A stretch of 64,000 nucleotides of DNA. It comes from Epithemia pelagica (Eukaryota > Protista > Bacillariophyta). The notes below the pieces were generated by a model that saw only the letters and a program-made list of their open reading frames with translations, did not search any database and had not been told where the DNA came from. Of this stretch, positions 11,559 through 24,680 are shown piece by piece. The stretch is from positions 3,410,001 through 3,474,000 of the forward strand of contig OX337234.1 in NCBI GenBank assembly GCA_946965045.2, given 5' to 3'. How positions within the stretch are numbered: position 1 is the first letter of the stretch; each line of letters begins with the position of its first letter. Made by a program: the position numbers and the translations under genes.

Positions 11559-13040
11559 GAGAGGAATGGGGATTGCGAGCATCCTGACCAGCAGCAGAAG
11601 ACTACCATTTAGAGCACCCGCACAGGGGAGGGATGCTCATGTGTGTTGTTGTTGTTGTGGTTGGCAAAGGACCACCACGGCAAACAAGTGTGTTGGTTGG
11701 GTATTGTTTTTCTCTCTCTGACTTTTTGTGTGGGACATTCCGACTCTACACACACACAAACAAGAAATGCGCACCGTCGTCGTCCTCCGAGCCGAGAGAC
11801 GTGGTCCTTCCACCACACACACGGTACAGGTCCTCGCTGTAGGTACACCTCGATATCATGCCCCAAAGGAACAACAACACAACCAGACGAGCGCCGGAAC
11901 AAGACTCTCGAACGCTCCTTCTCCAGTCCTATAATACTCCTTTTGTGGTGGTCAATGATGATGATGATGATGATGATGATGAGTGTGGCAACGGCAATCC
12001 CATATGTTGGTAGGAGAGTCGTGCACACTTGTCGTCGTTGTCGTCCTGATCGGTTGGGTGATGATGATGATGATGACGATGATGATTGGAGAGTATTGGT
12101 GCAGGAACCGGGGACCAAACCTGTTTTGGTGCGTGCCATTGTGGTGTGAGGACAACCATTCCTTCCTTCATCCTCCATCCTGCTCGGCCGTAACGTACGC
12201 GTACGTGGGACCCCTCGCTCGTTCGACCAGGAGAGCAGGCCAACGACGAACCCCCGTCTCTGTTGGGAACCCAATTGGTCGTTCCAGCATGCCCGCAACC
12301 CCGACCGAACCACAACAATCAACCTCATTCTCATTCTCATGGACCATTGTAGTATTCGGCCACCTTTTCGTGACACGCCATTGGTCCTCCTCTCTCAATC
12401 CCCCAAGTTTCTGGGTCCTTTTTACTATACCGGCATGCAAGGACCAGGACCGTGGGCTCTTCTTCTTTCGTTCTTTGTTTGCTGGAGCAACCAAATTGTT
12501 CCGCCAGAAACTACCGACGGTTCCACCCGAGCAAGCCAAACCGACTGTTGGACCAGAATCCTGGTTTCGTACATGGATAAATGAATATAGGTAGTCACGT
12601 GGGACTCTTGCCCTTTCCATGTATTCTCTAGTGTTTGTGAAAACCATTCATGGGAGTTTCCGTAAAGATTGGCGGTTGGTCGCAACACAAACAGAAAAAA
12701 CACCAAAACCCAACAAGAAGCCGAGTGTCAATCGTCCACAACCGTCGTCCCGAATGGAAACCTCCAACATTTTCTCCTCGAGTTGTGGCTTTCCTCATAA
12801 AGCATGCTTTGTCTCGTGTCTTGGATTGTTGTACTAGGAATCGGAGCATCTGCAATGGTACGTGAGATATACCAAGGAGAATCATAGTCTCGTAAGGTTG
12901 TCTTGGGCAGTGCTTGGGTAGAAGAGCCATACATGTCAAATACAATCTTTCTTCACAAGCTAGTTGAATGTCGAACGAATAACTTCAAACAACGATTGAT
13001 TTGCTATTTTACGACTTTTTGTCAAGAAAGGTTCCAGTCC

Positions 13041-14183
13041 TTAAAAGACAACACCAACGCCCTTGATATCATGAAACTCCTTTTCGAGAATTTTGCAATA
13101 GGTATCCCATGCCTTTTGTTCAATGACTTGTTCATTGGTCAAGGAGGGACCGACACTTACGGGAACACCCATTTCATTCAATTCGAATTGTCCCATGAGC
13201 GGTGTGGATGGTGCAATGGGTGTCATGGGCTTGGTCGTCGTGGGTTCCAGTTCGGCCTTGAGCAACCATTCCTGGACCGTTCCAGCGGGTAACAGCAAGT
13301 GATGAATGCGGTAAAAGGCTTTTCGATCGTCATAATCAAATCCCGTGTGAATGCACATGCGCAAATGGGGATACCGGGGCGAAATAAAGGGTTGGCCTTC
13401 GTCGGTATCGAAAATGGTCAATTCCGGAATCACGTTCTGGGCCAATTCAATGTAATTTTGATCCTCATGCGTTTCGGGGGTCACAAATATGTTGGCCTTG
13501 CTTAAAATCAAGCCTTCTTTCAGCGCTGTGTTGTAGCCCACCGGGTTCGATTTGGCCGTGCTCGCGTCCAATTGATAGAGGACCAGCCCCGCCTTGGAAC
13601 AGGCAAATTGCAAGACCATCTATTACAAAGTAGAACCAAAGCACCAAAACAAGCAATGAGAAACGCTGTATACAGGTCAAAGAAAAAAACAGTTCAAAAT
13701 CTTTTGGACCAGTCAAGACCCAGAAATACTCGACATTTCATAACCAAATCCGACATGGTCTTTTTTCTCACGTACCGTTTCGGACCAATGTTCTGGCATG
13801 GTACTCAACACCACATCGCCAGGAATAAATCCAGCATCCAAAAATCCAATGGCCATGGCTTCGGAAAAATAATCCACATGATGAACGGTCCAGGTTCGAT
13901 TCTTGTGTTCGTATCGGACCACATTGATATGTTTGTTTTCTTCCTTGAGTTGTCCAATTCGCAATCCTCCCACCAAGCTAGGAGCAGGTTCCGAGGGCGT
14001 CTCGGGTGCAGAAGCCGAAAAGAAATTGCGAACCATGGGAGTGGATCTGGCCGACGACGACGATGCAGCGCTCCAGGACACCATTCGTTCGGTGGATGCC
14101 GCGCCAACCACTGGAGCGGAAGTGGTTGTAGACGCCAAGGAGGCGACTCGTCGCATGCAAGAAGAGCGAAGTGACCGAAGCAT
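13041..14183 (-). CDS. Mitochondrion-targeted short AMP-binding (ANL / acyl-CoA synthetase N-domain)-like protein, 2 exons (14183-13776, 13619-13041)
   Basis: Arg/Ser-rich presequence MLRSLRSSCMRRVASLAST; ANL-like stretch AMAIGFLDAGFIPGDVVLSTMP...MVLQFACSKAGLVL; phase-0 intron gtacgt(13775)..taatag(13620). Confidence 0.65.
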
Positions 14184-15040
14184 GGTTTCCTTCCGTCCCC
14201 ACCAACAAATACAACACAATCCAGTCAAGATCTGCCGACAACGACGACGACGATAACAACAACACACTGCAAGTCAAAGTCTGCTGCGGATCGATCGATG
14301 GATTGGTGCCACAATCTTCACGCACGCAGAAAAACATCGTGATGTCTGTCGGTCTCCACTCTCTACCTATTGACGACATGTCTTCCAGATGTCGCTTTAG
14401 GATAGCAGCCGGCAGTTGGGCAAGTCCTCCATAGCTCCATAGCATATATTATATGCGTATCTCCATTTTGACTTGTTTCCCATTACTTAATGGTACGATT
14501 GGAGGAAAGCATATATTATGTATTTCTATACCATCATGGGAAGCGTTTGATCTGGAGATGGATGACATTCTCGAGCCTAGTTGTAGCTACGGATTCGTCG
14601 GAAGCAAAAGCAAGCCCAAAGAGTTGGATCGACGCAAGGCGACACACCAAAGACTCCAGGCGGCGCGGGATACCCAAGACTTTGACCAAACCGTCGACGC
14701 ACTCGGCAAACAAGGAGAGATGGAACGATTTGATTTCTGAGAAGTACGCATCTAAGAGGATCTACCTATGCTTTACGAGCTGCTCGACTGCTGGTTCCAC
14801 ATAGCTATGGAGTTTCCAGAAGTGGGATACAATTGGGATAGGACCTACGAGTACGAACATTTTACGGGTACTATGCTTTGTAATTGCCCCATTCTTCTCC
14901 ATGACTGCAAAAAAGGACAACCAGGAAACAAACACAATCGTCCCACAAAGTCGAGCAGCAGGACGTCGCCAAGACAACCTGAAACCTGACCGGACTTGGA
15001 GGATTGTCGTCAGAGAGAGAGTGAATATAGGGCTACCATC

Positions 15041-16513
15041 ATGGATGTTACGGATACTCTAATCCGCATGCCGTTTGCATGGAAACTGGTCATTTCCCTT
15101 GCCTTGATGGGCCTGGTTCAAGTCTGGTTGATGAGGAAGCAGTACACGGATATGGATTGGATCGACAACCATAGTATGGAAGACCTGGTCGTACCATCCA
15201 ACGTTCTCCGGTCCGCAACAACGACTCCACCAACACCGACCAGCAAATTTCCCAAACCGCAACCCGTGGATTGGGAACGACAAGTGTCGGAAAAGCGAAC
15301 ATGGTTGGACATGGTACAAGCCAGTTTGCCCCGAGCCATCCTTCACAAAAAACGCAAGGGCATGTCACGTGCCACTGTTTGTCGTCAAGTTGCCAATGGG
15401 ACCAAGGATTCATGGGTCATTCACCGATTGGATTATTCTTTCGACGCTACCAACCAAAACCAGACGACAAGGACGACCACAACATCCACAACAAATATGG
15501 TCCAAGCGGAGGATCAACCAACGTCTACACTAGCAACAACAACAAAACCACAAGAGCAACCTCGTCACCGTCATCACCGACATGCCATTGTCATTCCCTA
15601 TCACCGATCCTATCATTTAGAACGATTCTTGAAGTACATGTCCATGTATTTCAAGTATCATTACCCGCAACCCAATAACCGCCTTCTCACTGATCAACAA
15701 GAACCGGACCGGGAATTTTCCAATCATTCCTTTGCCTTGTACATTGTGGAACAAGCGGATACCGAACTTTTTAATCGCGCCTTGCTAATGAATGTGGGTT
15801 TGGATCATGTGTCGAGCGATACCGAATGCATTGTCCGACACGACGTCGATTTGATACCCGGGTTTTTTGCCCATGTACCCCACCACAAGTGTTCCAAACC
15901 AACTCATTTGGCCACCCGACCCGAACACTACAATTTCGCCGTCTATTATCCCACCTTTGTCGGTGCCGTCATGGCCATGCATCAGCAACACTGGGCGGCC
16001 GTGAATGGCATGGACCATCAGTTGCAGGGATGGGGTGGAGAAGACGATGATTTGTTTGTGCGATTGGCCTTTATGGGACTGGTCAATTGTACCAAGGAAC
16101 CGAATGGCGAGCCCTTTCGACCAGCGGAACATGACACCCAAGGAGTCTTTACGGCCATTTCCGAAAAGTCCCACAATCCTCAACGAGGGGCTGTCATTGC
16201 CCAAGCCAAACAGTTTCATCGGGCCGGGAATGATTCCTTTTTGGTTACGGGCCAAAGTCCCACGGTCACCGCCTCGGGTGGGTGGAGACAAACGCGCTAT
16301 CATGTCGTGAATCGAACCTCGTGGGACTTGTCCAACCGGCCATTGCTCCAAGGATTTGCCGAGATTCATCACATTCAAGTCAAGGTCGACAAGGCATCCA
16401 TGGAAAAGTGTTATACCAATTGCGAAAGCACCGTCGAAACGAGTGACAAACCAACCAACGTCACAAAGCAACCAACACGATCCACTACACATTCCGCCCC
16501 AACAAATAGATGA
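15041..16513 (+). CDS. Glycosyltransferase family 7 (beta-1,4-galactosyltransferase-like), type II membrane protein
   Basis: TM LVISLALMGLVQVWL; AIVIPY, FNRALLMNVG, HDVD (DxD), QGWGGEDDDL motifs. Start ATG 15041 or 15068. Confidence 0.85.
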   Translation: MDVTDTLIRMPFAWKLVISLALMGLVQVWLMRKQYTDMDWIDNHSMEDLVVPSNVLRSATTTPPTPTSKFPKPQPVDWERQVSEKRTWLDMVQASLPRAILHKKRKGMSRATVCRQVANGTKDSWVIHRLDYSFDATNQNQTTRTTTTSTTNMVQAEDQPTSTLATTTKPQEQPRHRHHRHAIVIPYHRSYHLERFLKYMSMYFKYHYPQPNNRLLTDQQEPDREFSNHSFALYIVEQADTELFNRALLMNVGLDHVSSDTECIVRHDVDLIPGFFAHVPHHKCSKPTHLATRPEHYNFAVYYPTFVGAVMAMHQQHWAAVNGMDHQLQGWGGEDDDLFVRLAFMGLVNCTKEPNGEPFRPAEHDTQGVFTAISEKSHNPQRGAVIAQAKQFHRAGNDSFLVTGQSPTVTASGGWRQTRYHVVNRTSWDLSNRPLLQGFAEIHHIQVKVDKASMEKCYTNCESTVETSDKPTNVTKQPTRSTTHSAPTNR

Positions 16514-18496
16514 AACTAGTAGAAATATAATGTAAACAGTTGGCTGTCTTGTTTGTTCCCACGCATCCTACATCTTGTTTCCCATTGCCTGGTTGTGGAC
16601 TCACCAACAGAGACGGCGATTGGAAACATGGTTTAGTATGGTAACCATTACGCACCAGCCAAAGCCAAACACATGTACTCCTATCATACTCCTATCTCTA
16701 GGAGTAACTCTAAGGAAACGGACTTGGACATCAGACAATGGCTGTGGCTATCACGGCTAGTGATCCAGTATCCAGTACCGATTCATGAGTGTTCTGCGCG
16801 TCCTATGATCGCCATGCCCGCTTTTGTACCGCGGGCATGCGCGTTCGCAGAGCAATCCCGATTCGTGTTTGACTGACTGGCTACATCTGAAACGGGATAG
16901 AACTTTTGAAAGCCACGCAGTTGCGTATGGTGGCGGGACTGTGAAGTGGCCAATCCCAATTCTCCGTGATGGAACTTCACTACCGCTCGGTATCGATTTC
17001 CGATTTTGACGACTAAAACCTGTACCAGTGAGGTGCATGAGGTATGAGGTACGAGTACGAGTAGCGAGTAGGTGTTGTGCTACGACAATGACCGTTGACC
17101 ATGCGACTGGAACGACAATGACTGGAACGAGATCATGAAATGTACGAGTATATGCGTTTGCTGTACATACCACAAGTCGACCCAAGACTGGATCTATTTC
17201 GCGGATGCAACCCAACAACCTTACGACTTGACCAAGTCAACCATTCTTGCCGCCGCCGCACTTTTTACACTTGCGACTTGCGGCCACTTTTTCGTCTTGG
17301 AACTTGCGTTGCTAAGGACTCGTTCCAAGGCCTATGCCTCTAAAACGGCAACATTGATCCCTGTTCTCGTTCTTTAATGTCTAAACACGCACACACACAA
17401 CAAGAATGTCGTTTCGTGTTCGGTGCTAGGTCTCGATCAATTGTTCCTAACTTTCATCACAGGCCAAGGTGATTCGATCTCTACCGTCATGACGAATGGG
17501 GGCCCGCCTCTACTTGTAACTAACTACAAGCATGAGATGGATCGGCCTGGTCTTTGCTGGTTGAATGCTTCGGCAAACTACTACTAACTGGTTAACCCAC
17601 GCAACAATACACCAGTTTTGAAAGAGTCGCAACATGCAACCAATGGCTTTGATTGGCAAGGTAGGTGAGATCGCGTCCAGCATTGTCCAAGGGAGAAACC
17701 TTGTCTGCGTCCAGGAACGGAGCCACCCGAAACCCGAAGAAGGTCCGCCCACGCCAAAGCGCGACTGTCATTTCTCCAATAAGTAGTTTGATAGCCGTAC
17801 ACTACAATACCAAGAAGTGCCGGCTGCCGGCCCACTACGGATCACGTATGATCGGGACTGAATCGTCCATAAGTGTCAAACGAACGTGAGTCCCGGAGAT
17901 GAGTCCGATATGGGCGTCAGGTGTCAGGTTCGCATCCTCGGGTTTATTCGCAAATTTACAACTGCCCCATCTGATTACCCAACCAGTAACAATCGATTGA
18001 AGCTGCTGGATGAATCTCCAGTACTCGTAAGTTCGAGCCTGCTCCAATACCGAGACGGAACCTTCCCCCAACACCGTATTGTCCGTTAAGTTGTGTACTA
18101 CGGACATCCGATACTGTATTCGTTGTGCGACTGATTTACACTACCAAACGGATTTTGCTGTACCGTCGGACTGATGCGACCGGTATTTTTACGATGTGGC
18201 GGCATTGACTGACAGATAGTTTTTTCTCACCATATGATAACTTTGTTGAGGCTTGGCCTTGGCCGTCCTTTATTCATATTTTATCAGAACCAACATCGCC
18301 AACCGCAATACAAACCAACGTCAAACACTTTAGAAAAGACAAAGACAGACAACACTCCAAGGTTTCATGTTCGTCCTCATTTGTGACAGTGGAGTTGAGT
18401 GATTGCCCCTACGTGGAAACACTTTGACAAAGAAGCAACAACAGTGAGACTAGAATAGGATCGAACCGATTATCCATCACTTATTGTTCGCCTTGG

Positions 18497-20695
18497 ATGA
18501 ACCTAGCGAACGATCCAAGAAGAGCTTTTCAGTCTTCTGCGACAGAAGACGCACAACAACATCAAGAAGAAAAAGCTGCTGCGTGGTCTAACACGGTACA
18601 AATAGCCACCAATAGTATTCCATCGGCATCTACAACAAGTACATCGACTCGAACCACTTCACGACCAACCATGCCGCCTTTGCCTCTGCCGGCCAATTAT
18701 TATCCACATCATCACCATCATCATCATGGTCACCTTGCCGCACTGAATCGTCACAGTCCTGACGAGACAGAGCACAATATTTCACTGTTGGCCAATGCGG
18801 CGTCCTCCCTGTCATCGTCCTTTCACGCCGATCCAGAAGAGCAAGCCGTGATTGCTCCCAAAACAACCTTTGTTCGAGGTCGTCCACCGATGGCCGCTCG
18901 GTATCCTGCCGCATCTCCGTATTCCTCGTCGTCCTTGCCCACTGTCTGGTCCCACCACAACCACACACGAGAAGCGTTCGATCAGGCCATTGTCCGACCA
19001 CCCGTCATGGCTCCTCCTCCTGCTCCAACGACCTTTCGCACGACGGCACCTGGCTTTCTTCCCCATCGACCACAACCATATGCCACAAGACCATCGACAT
19101 CCGCATCCTGGATGTCACAAGCACCACCGTTACCAGCAACGCAGCATCGACAACAACCACAACAACAACAATTGCAAGATCCCCTTTCGACGCAAATATT
19201 GCCTCAACTTCGTGATCGGATACGAGGTTACGTGCACGATCTTATCATGAAATCTCATTTGGAACAACAACAGTCACAGCGCCAATCCAATGAACCATTC
19301 TCCTCAACCACAACAACCAATTTAGGTGCCACGGCGGCCTATTGGCAAGCCTGGAATCACGATCGTCACTTGGTTCAAACCGAAACAGATCCCTTGCAAT
19401 TTGTCCGCTTTACGCAATACGATTTGTGGGCCGCAGCGCAACGATTGTGTTTGTATTGGACGGAACGTGTCGAGGTGTTTGGTGCCGATCGAGCCTTTTT
19501 GCCCTTGACCTTGACGGGGACGGGTGCCTTGACGGACGATGACTTGTTGACCCTGCATGCCGGGTATCCCAGTTTATTGCCCGATACAACCACGGGTCGC
19601 AAATGCCTCTTGTTTGATCGACGCAAACTAATTCCCAACGTCACAACCGTCGAACATCGCTTGCGATGTTTGTTCTATGTCCAATCCATCTTGGCACAGG
19701 AAGAAGGAACCCAATTGGAAGGTGCCCTTGCTTTGATTGTCTATGTCTTGCCTCGAGGCTATCAGGAATTTGATTTGCGAGCCATTCGACGCATGTCACA
19801 CTTGTGTTCCACCATCTTCCCCGTCAAATTGGAACTCCATTTGATTAGCGTTGTTCCACCACGGAGTGGACCACGACACAAACCCTATTTGGTTCAACAA
19901 GGCATGGAAAAGGCCCTCAACTTTTTGCGATCCTTTTATCCCTCGTACTTGCTCCAGGACGAAGAAGCGGAAACCGAACAGCAACCACAAACGAGAGAAC
20001 CCAAGGACAACTCCTCTGCGACTGCAAGCACCAACAACCCTGCTTCACCCAATCTACCGTCCCAACTACCGTCTCAATCCACCGGGTCAACCGCAGCCGA
20101 CGGAGGACAACGACCAGCGACGCAGCCACGGAAATGGCTGTATTATCATTTGCACAAAACCAAGCAAGAAATTTATGAAACCCTGACAACCTCCCATGCC
20201 TTGACGCGGGAAGGGATTCCATTCTTTTGGGGTGGAGATTGGAAGTACGAACACTTTTTTGAATGGTGCCTCCGACGGAAACAATGGGAACAGGAACATC
20301 ACAAGGACAAACTACTCAAACAAGCACCCGTGTTGTCCTCCTCCAAGAGTGGTAGTGGTGGTTCCTCCTCGTCACAGACCAGTCAGAGCAGTAAAGAGGA
20401 TCCAGACACGGGCAGCAGCACCAAAGGCAAGAAAAAGGGAGACCCCTCGGAGGATGAGGAAGATGCCGCGGCCAAGAAACGCTACAAGGAAAAGAAGCGC
20501 AAAATCGCCGACATGCTGCAAGCACGGCGGAAGCGAGAACGAAAACACCGAGAAGTTCAATTGCTCCAAAGTGAACTGGCACAGTTGCAGCAAGAAAACA
20601 CTCAACTGAAACGAGAACATCAGTTTTTGGAACAGTGCGTGGAAACTGCAATGAAACTTGTACCATCGGTAACCGGCACCAGTCCAAACTTGTAG
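18497..20695 (+). CDS. CRAL-TRIO-like domain protein with C-terminal bZIP-like basic region and leucine zipper
   Basis: ETDPLQFVRFTQYDLWAAAQRLCLYW resembles the CRAL-TRIO N-region (from recall); GIPFFWGGDW; basic region KRKIADMLQARRKRERK followed by heptad L/Q zipper. Confidence 0.65.
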   Translation: MNLANDPRRAFQSSATEDAQQHQEEKAAAWSNTVQIATNSIPSASTTSTSTRTTSRPTMPPLPLPANYYPHHHHHHHGHLAALNRHSPDETEHNISLLANAASSLSSSFHADPEEQAVIAPKTTFVRGRPPMAARYPAASPYSSSSLPTVWSHHNHTREAFDQAIVRPPVMAPPPAPTTFRTTAPGFLPHRPQPYATRPSTSASWMSQAPPLPATQHRQQPQQQQLQDPLSTQILPQLRDRIRGYVHDLIMKSHLEQQQSQRQSNEPFSSTTTTNLGATAAYWQAWNHDRHLVQTETDPLQFVRFTQYDLWAAAQRLCLYWTERVEVFGADRAFLPLTLTGTGALTDDDLLTLHAGYPSLLPDTTTGRKCLLFDRRKLIPNVTTVEHRLRCLFYVQSILAQEEGTQLEGALALIVYVLPRGYQEFDLRAIRRMSHLCSTIFPVKLELHLISVVPPRSGPRHKPYLVQQGMEKALNFLRSFYPSYLLQDEEAETEQQPQTREPKDNSSATASTNNPASPNLPSQLPSQSTGSTAADGGQRPATQPRKWLYYHLHKTKQEIYETLTTSHALTREGIPFFWGGDWKYEHFFEWCLRRKQWEQEHHKDKLLKQAPVLSSSKSGSGGSSSSQTSQSSKEDPDTGSSTKGKKKGDPSEDEEDAAAKKRYKEKKRKIADMLQARRKRERKHREVQLLQSELAQLQQENTQLKREHQFLEQCVETAMKLVPSVTGTSPNL

Positions 20696-22261
20696 CAGGG
20701 TCGCAGATTCGTTCTCATTGGCATGTCGTTGTCAAAGGAAAGGGACGTTCACTTCCATGGTCGAGTACCGACAGAACAATGTCAAAATCCATACCCTCTC
20801 GATCCAACAACATCCTGCACTGAGCAACATTCCGATAACCATTTGTTGGAGAAATCACGAAGGAACAATCCTATTCACCGCACGACAAGGAGTTCTGGTT
20901 TGCGGTGGGATGGATCGGTCGCACCTTGCAGAGCACAAGGCACTGTTGCATAACACACCCACAGTTTTGTTTTACCGATGATGCAGAGGTCTTGGTGTAC
21001 CCAACCCTTCTTTTGATTCCTCCCGCTTCGACATTCACAACAACTCAACCTTTTTTCTATTTTGAATGAAATGGATATTACACTCTCTCCCTTGCAAGAA
21101 TACATAAACTATAATGGGAATTTTCCATGTTTCAGTGAAACCCAAGTTGTGTTTGGATCGCACAGACGTAGTCATCCGTTGTCGTACTCAATATACTGGG
21201 CCTCTTATAGCCTGCGACAACGCAGAGGATATCCACACAGAATCCAAAATTCGAATCGTTTGCGCCTTTCGTAGAATCAACCATTCCACGAGATACACCT
21301 GACCATGGGACAAACACAATAATAATCACAAGTTCTCAAACCCCTTGTTCTTTCCAATGGATCATGGTGACACATCTTCTGGCATCAGCAAAATCGGCTC
21401 CGGGTTTGGCGCTGACAACATCGATGCGCGCCGTCGGAGTACCTGACCCGCTCGATTTGAGCCACTCCGTCGTCGATGAGCCTTACGCATTGAGTGGCTT
21501 TGGGAGTTCAAAAAGACCTTGCGATCGCGCCCTGCGCAATGGCAAAATCGCCGGGCGATCCAACGGTATGGGTGGTGTGGCCGTTACGACGCAGCTATGG
21601 GTCCCAACGCCGTGCTTTACACGTGGAATCTCAACCATTGCACTGGTGCAAATGAACGTTACCATCAGACTAATTTGACCATGGCGGATTTTTCTGGACG
21701 ATTTCCATCTCTCCATTTCTATTACAACGGTAGATCTAGGTTAGTCACTAGCGCTAGGGACTCGGTTCGCTCGATTGGTGTTGTTGCGCGCTCCTTGCGC
21801 TCTCGTTGCGCTTTTGTTGCGCTTCTGAGGGCAACGACGAGGGGACCTTTTACGATAGGCTTTGTGGCACAAGGACAAGGAGTTTTTCTTATCCCTCGTA
21901 GCAATCAACCAAATAGAACGATTAGAACGGATCTCTCCGAGGGATAAGAAAACGAAGATAGTTATGGACCATAACAGATTGACGGAAGGCATGCCATGGT
22001 GAAGCCACGATACACCGCGACAAACTTGATGCCAAACATGACGTCATGTACTAGGAAAAATTACGTAGGCTCTACTGCGTTGGGACCCATAGCAGCGCCG
22101 GGTGGCCTTTTTTGGTCTGCGCAACAACAGCCGCCAGTCCACTTTTCTTTTTGGGTGAGTTTGTCGTCCTCTATACAAAATACACCCAACATTCATTCCA
22201 TCCCAGGCGAGGGAAACCAACAACACAACACAGGTTGCTTCCCGAACAACAACAACAAGAC

Positions 22262-23885
22262 ATGGTGGCGAGTAGTAGCTCCAGGAAACATCAACCAAGG
22301 GAGATTCCTCTCAAACGCGTGTGCCAAATTCTCTTGGCCACCCTGCTCATTAGTTTGGGATTGGTCTTTCCCTTGTCCATGAGCTTTACATCTCGGGTTG
22401 TGGAAGACCTTGTGATGCACAGTTTCTCCAGTTCTCCCCTTCCACCAGACAATGAAATGGCCAAGGACCACAGAGAGACGATTGCCTATGTCATCTCCAT
22501 CACGTCCTGTTCCCCAAAATTTGCCGCCTCGACCAAGGACATGGCCGCAGTTTTGAAAAAGAGTATTGACATGCACTCGTGGCCAAGGAATCCCAACTCG
22601 CGATACAAGAGTGAGGCCTTTGTGCTGGGAACTCCCGAAACGGCCCATTCTCGCTGCATTGCCATGTTGCAAAAAGCGGGCTTTACGCACCGGGTGGTGG
22701 ACCTGCCCGTCCAGTTGCCGGACATTGCGCACGTGGAGGGGGCGGAGAATTTGCCACAATCCATGCCATCCAATGGATGTTGTGGGGAAAAGGAATTTCT
22801 CAAACTACACGTGTATAGCATGACGGATTTCCAGGTTGCCCTTCATTTGGATTTGGATACGCTGCTCGTCCAACCGCTCGACCCTCTGTTCGATGCCATG
22901 ATACAATCGCCCCAGACGGAAGAAGGGTTACAAGCACGCCAACGCTTGTTTGCTCCACCCCTCACTCACAGCGACAACAACAACAACAACAAGAGCATGA
23001 ATCAGAGTGACTTTCCGTATCGTCGCTTGGCCTCGGCCCTGTATGAGCCGGATGTTCCTTTGGAGGAACTCACCATTAATGCCTACTACACTCGTGACTA
23101 TAACATGTATCCTCGTCGAGTTCAGAAAATGGGTGGAAAGGTTGGTATACAAGGCGGAGTCATGATTGTTCGACCCAACAATGAAACCCGGGATGAAATT
23201 GTCCAGTTGGTCCAAATGGGACAGTTCTACCATGGGAGAGGGCCGGACTCGGGGTGGTTTCAAAAGGGATATGGGTACGTTCGTTCGTTGTTCCTCCTCC
23301 TCGAATGGTGCAACTCGGGGAACCGAAAGGGCTCACTCACAAGTGTGTTTCGTAGTTTGGATTCATTTCTATTTTACAAAAAGCAATCATATTTGGGGCG
23401 CCAAAACCATACAAGGCTTCATGGCCTATTACTACAACGAGGTGAAACATGCAGAGAGTATCGAGCTCAATCGATGTCGCTTCAATCAGATTGCGGAGAA
23501 TCCCCGGCGGTCTTCCTATGACGGACGGGGACTTTATCCGCGAGGAACTCCAGTCAGTCCCGACTCTCAGTACGGCGATGAGGAATGTCGAGACGGACGA
23601 ACCAATTGTGACGACGAACAGTGCCAAACCTGGCCCATGTCCCAGTCCTACATTTTACATTTTACCTACTGCAGCCTTCCTACCAAATGTCACGATGCCG
23701 TCTACAACGAAACACTCAAGAACAGCAATGTCGGGACATGCGGCGAGAGTGGTTCCAGATGCGAAAGTTGGTTGCCGAGGAGGCTCAGGAGGCCCTACCC
23801 ACGGGAGGGTACTTTCCCGACATTTATCAAGGGTTTTGCAGTCATGTGGGCAAGTACATCACGGGTCCTCCCCAAACGGTGGTGA
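22262..23885 (+). CDS. GT8-like (GT-A fold) glycosyltransferase, 2 exons (22262-23274, 23384-23885)
   Basis: TM ILLATLLISLGLVFPL; CCGEKEFLKLHVYSMTDFQVALHLDLDTLLVQPLDPLF (DxD); IQGGVMIVRP; intron gtacgt(23275)..aaag(23383) joins GYG/NHIWGAKTIQG in frame. Confidence 0.75.
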
Positions 23886-24514
23886 CGTGAGGTATAACGT
23901 CAGAGTTCAAGTACCGTAGTACTCTCTCTAGAGGTGTTGTTATTCTAGTCATCAACGCTCATAGAAGCGTTGCGCACGAACCTCAATGGTGGAGATCGCC
24001 TTTTGTCTCTGTCCGAATCGAGAATGGTGTCCACGTCACTTCATACACACCAAGTGATCCTCTCCATCCGACGGACTGTCGCAGTGGTCACAACACAGCC
24101 ATATGCCCTTGTTTGTCATCCAGACAGTAGGCTCACTGTCTTGTCTGTGGAGAGTGGAACCGGGCCCATTCCCAATCGAAACTCGTCACACCCTACGCTC
24201 CCAAACGGAGACGTGAGCATTGGTGCAGAAATGATTTTTGGAGAGGACCAAAAAAAAAGAAGTCCCTCCGTTCCTGGCGCATTCGCAATCCACACAGAGG
24301 GAAACAATGGGTATATACGGTACAGTCGTGACCGACAGTGCCAGGAAGCAGCAACCACATGGACCAAGGTCCGTCCCAAAGAAAGACAAGAAGGGGTGCG
24401 GACCTTTGGCGGAAAGATTCGAGTGCGGTGGATCCTACCACTCCCACTTGGTTCGGATTGACATTGCAGCTGCCATTGTTCCAAGGCAGAAATGTGTGTA
24501 CTCTATGTATTAGG

Positions 24515-24569
24515 TTAATGTACTGAGCCTACTTCGCCGAACAGGGATCGGCTTACCCAGCCCCCTTAC
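24515..24569. mobile_element. Isolated end (TIR plus subterminal sequence) of the MITE family found at 54471-55085
   Basis: ttaatgtactgagcctacttcgccgaacagggatcggcttacccagccc matches 55037-55084 with 2 substitutions; no partner end seen nearby. Confidence 0.75.
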
Positions 24570-24680
24570 TTGTCGGGAGTATAGAAGCTACTCCGTCTAT
24601 CCACTATCCCTGCGGCCATTCGGTGCTCTGGAGAGAGATGGTTCGAACAATCCCAATGGTTGGATCTATTGGGAAGGTTG

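Noticed and set aside
14453-14989. Short ORFs upstream of the first GT7
   Set aside because: No recognisable domain; interrupted by stops.
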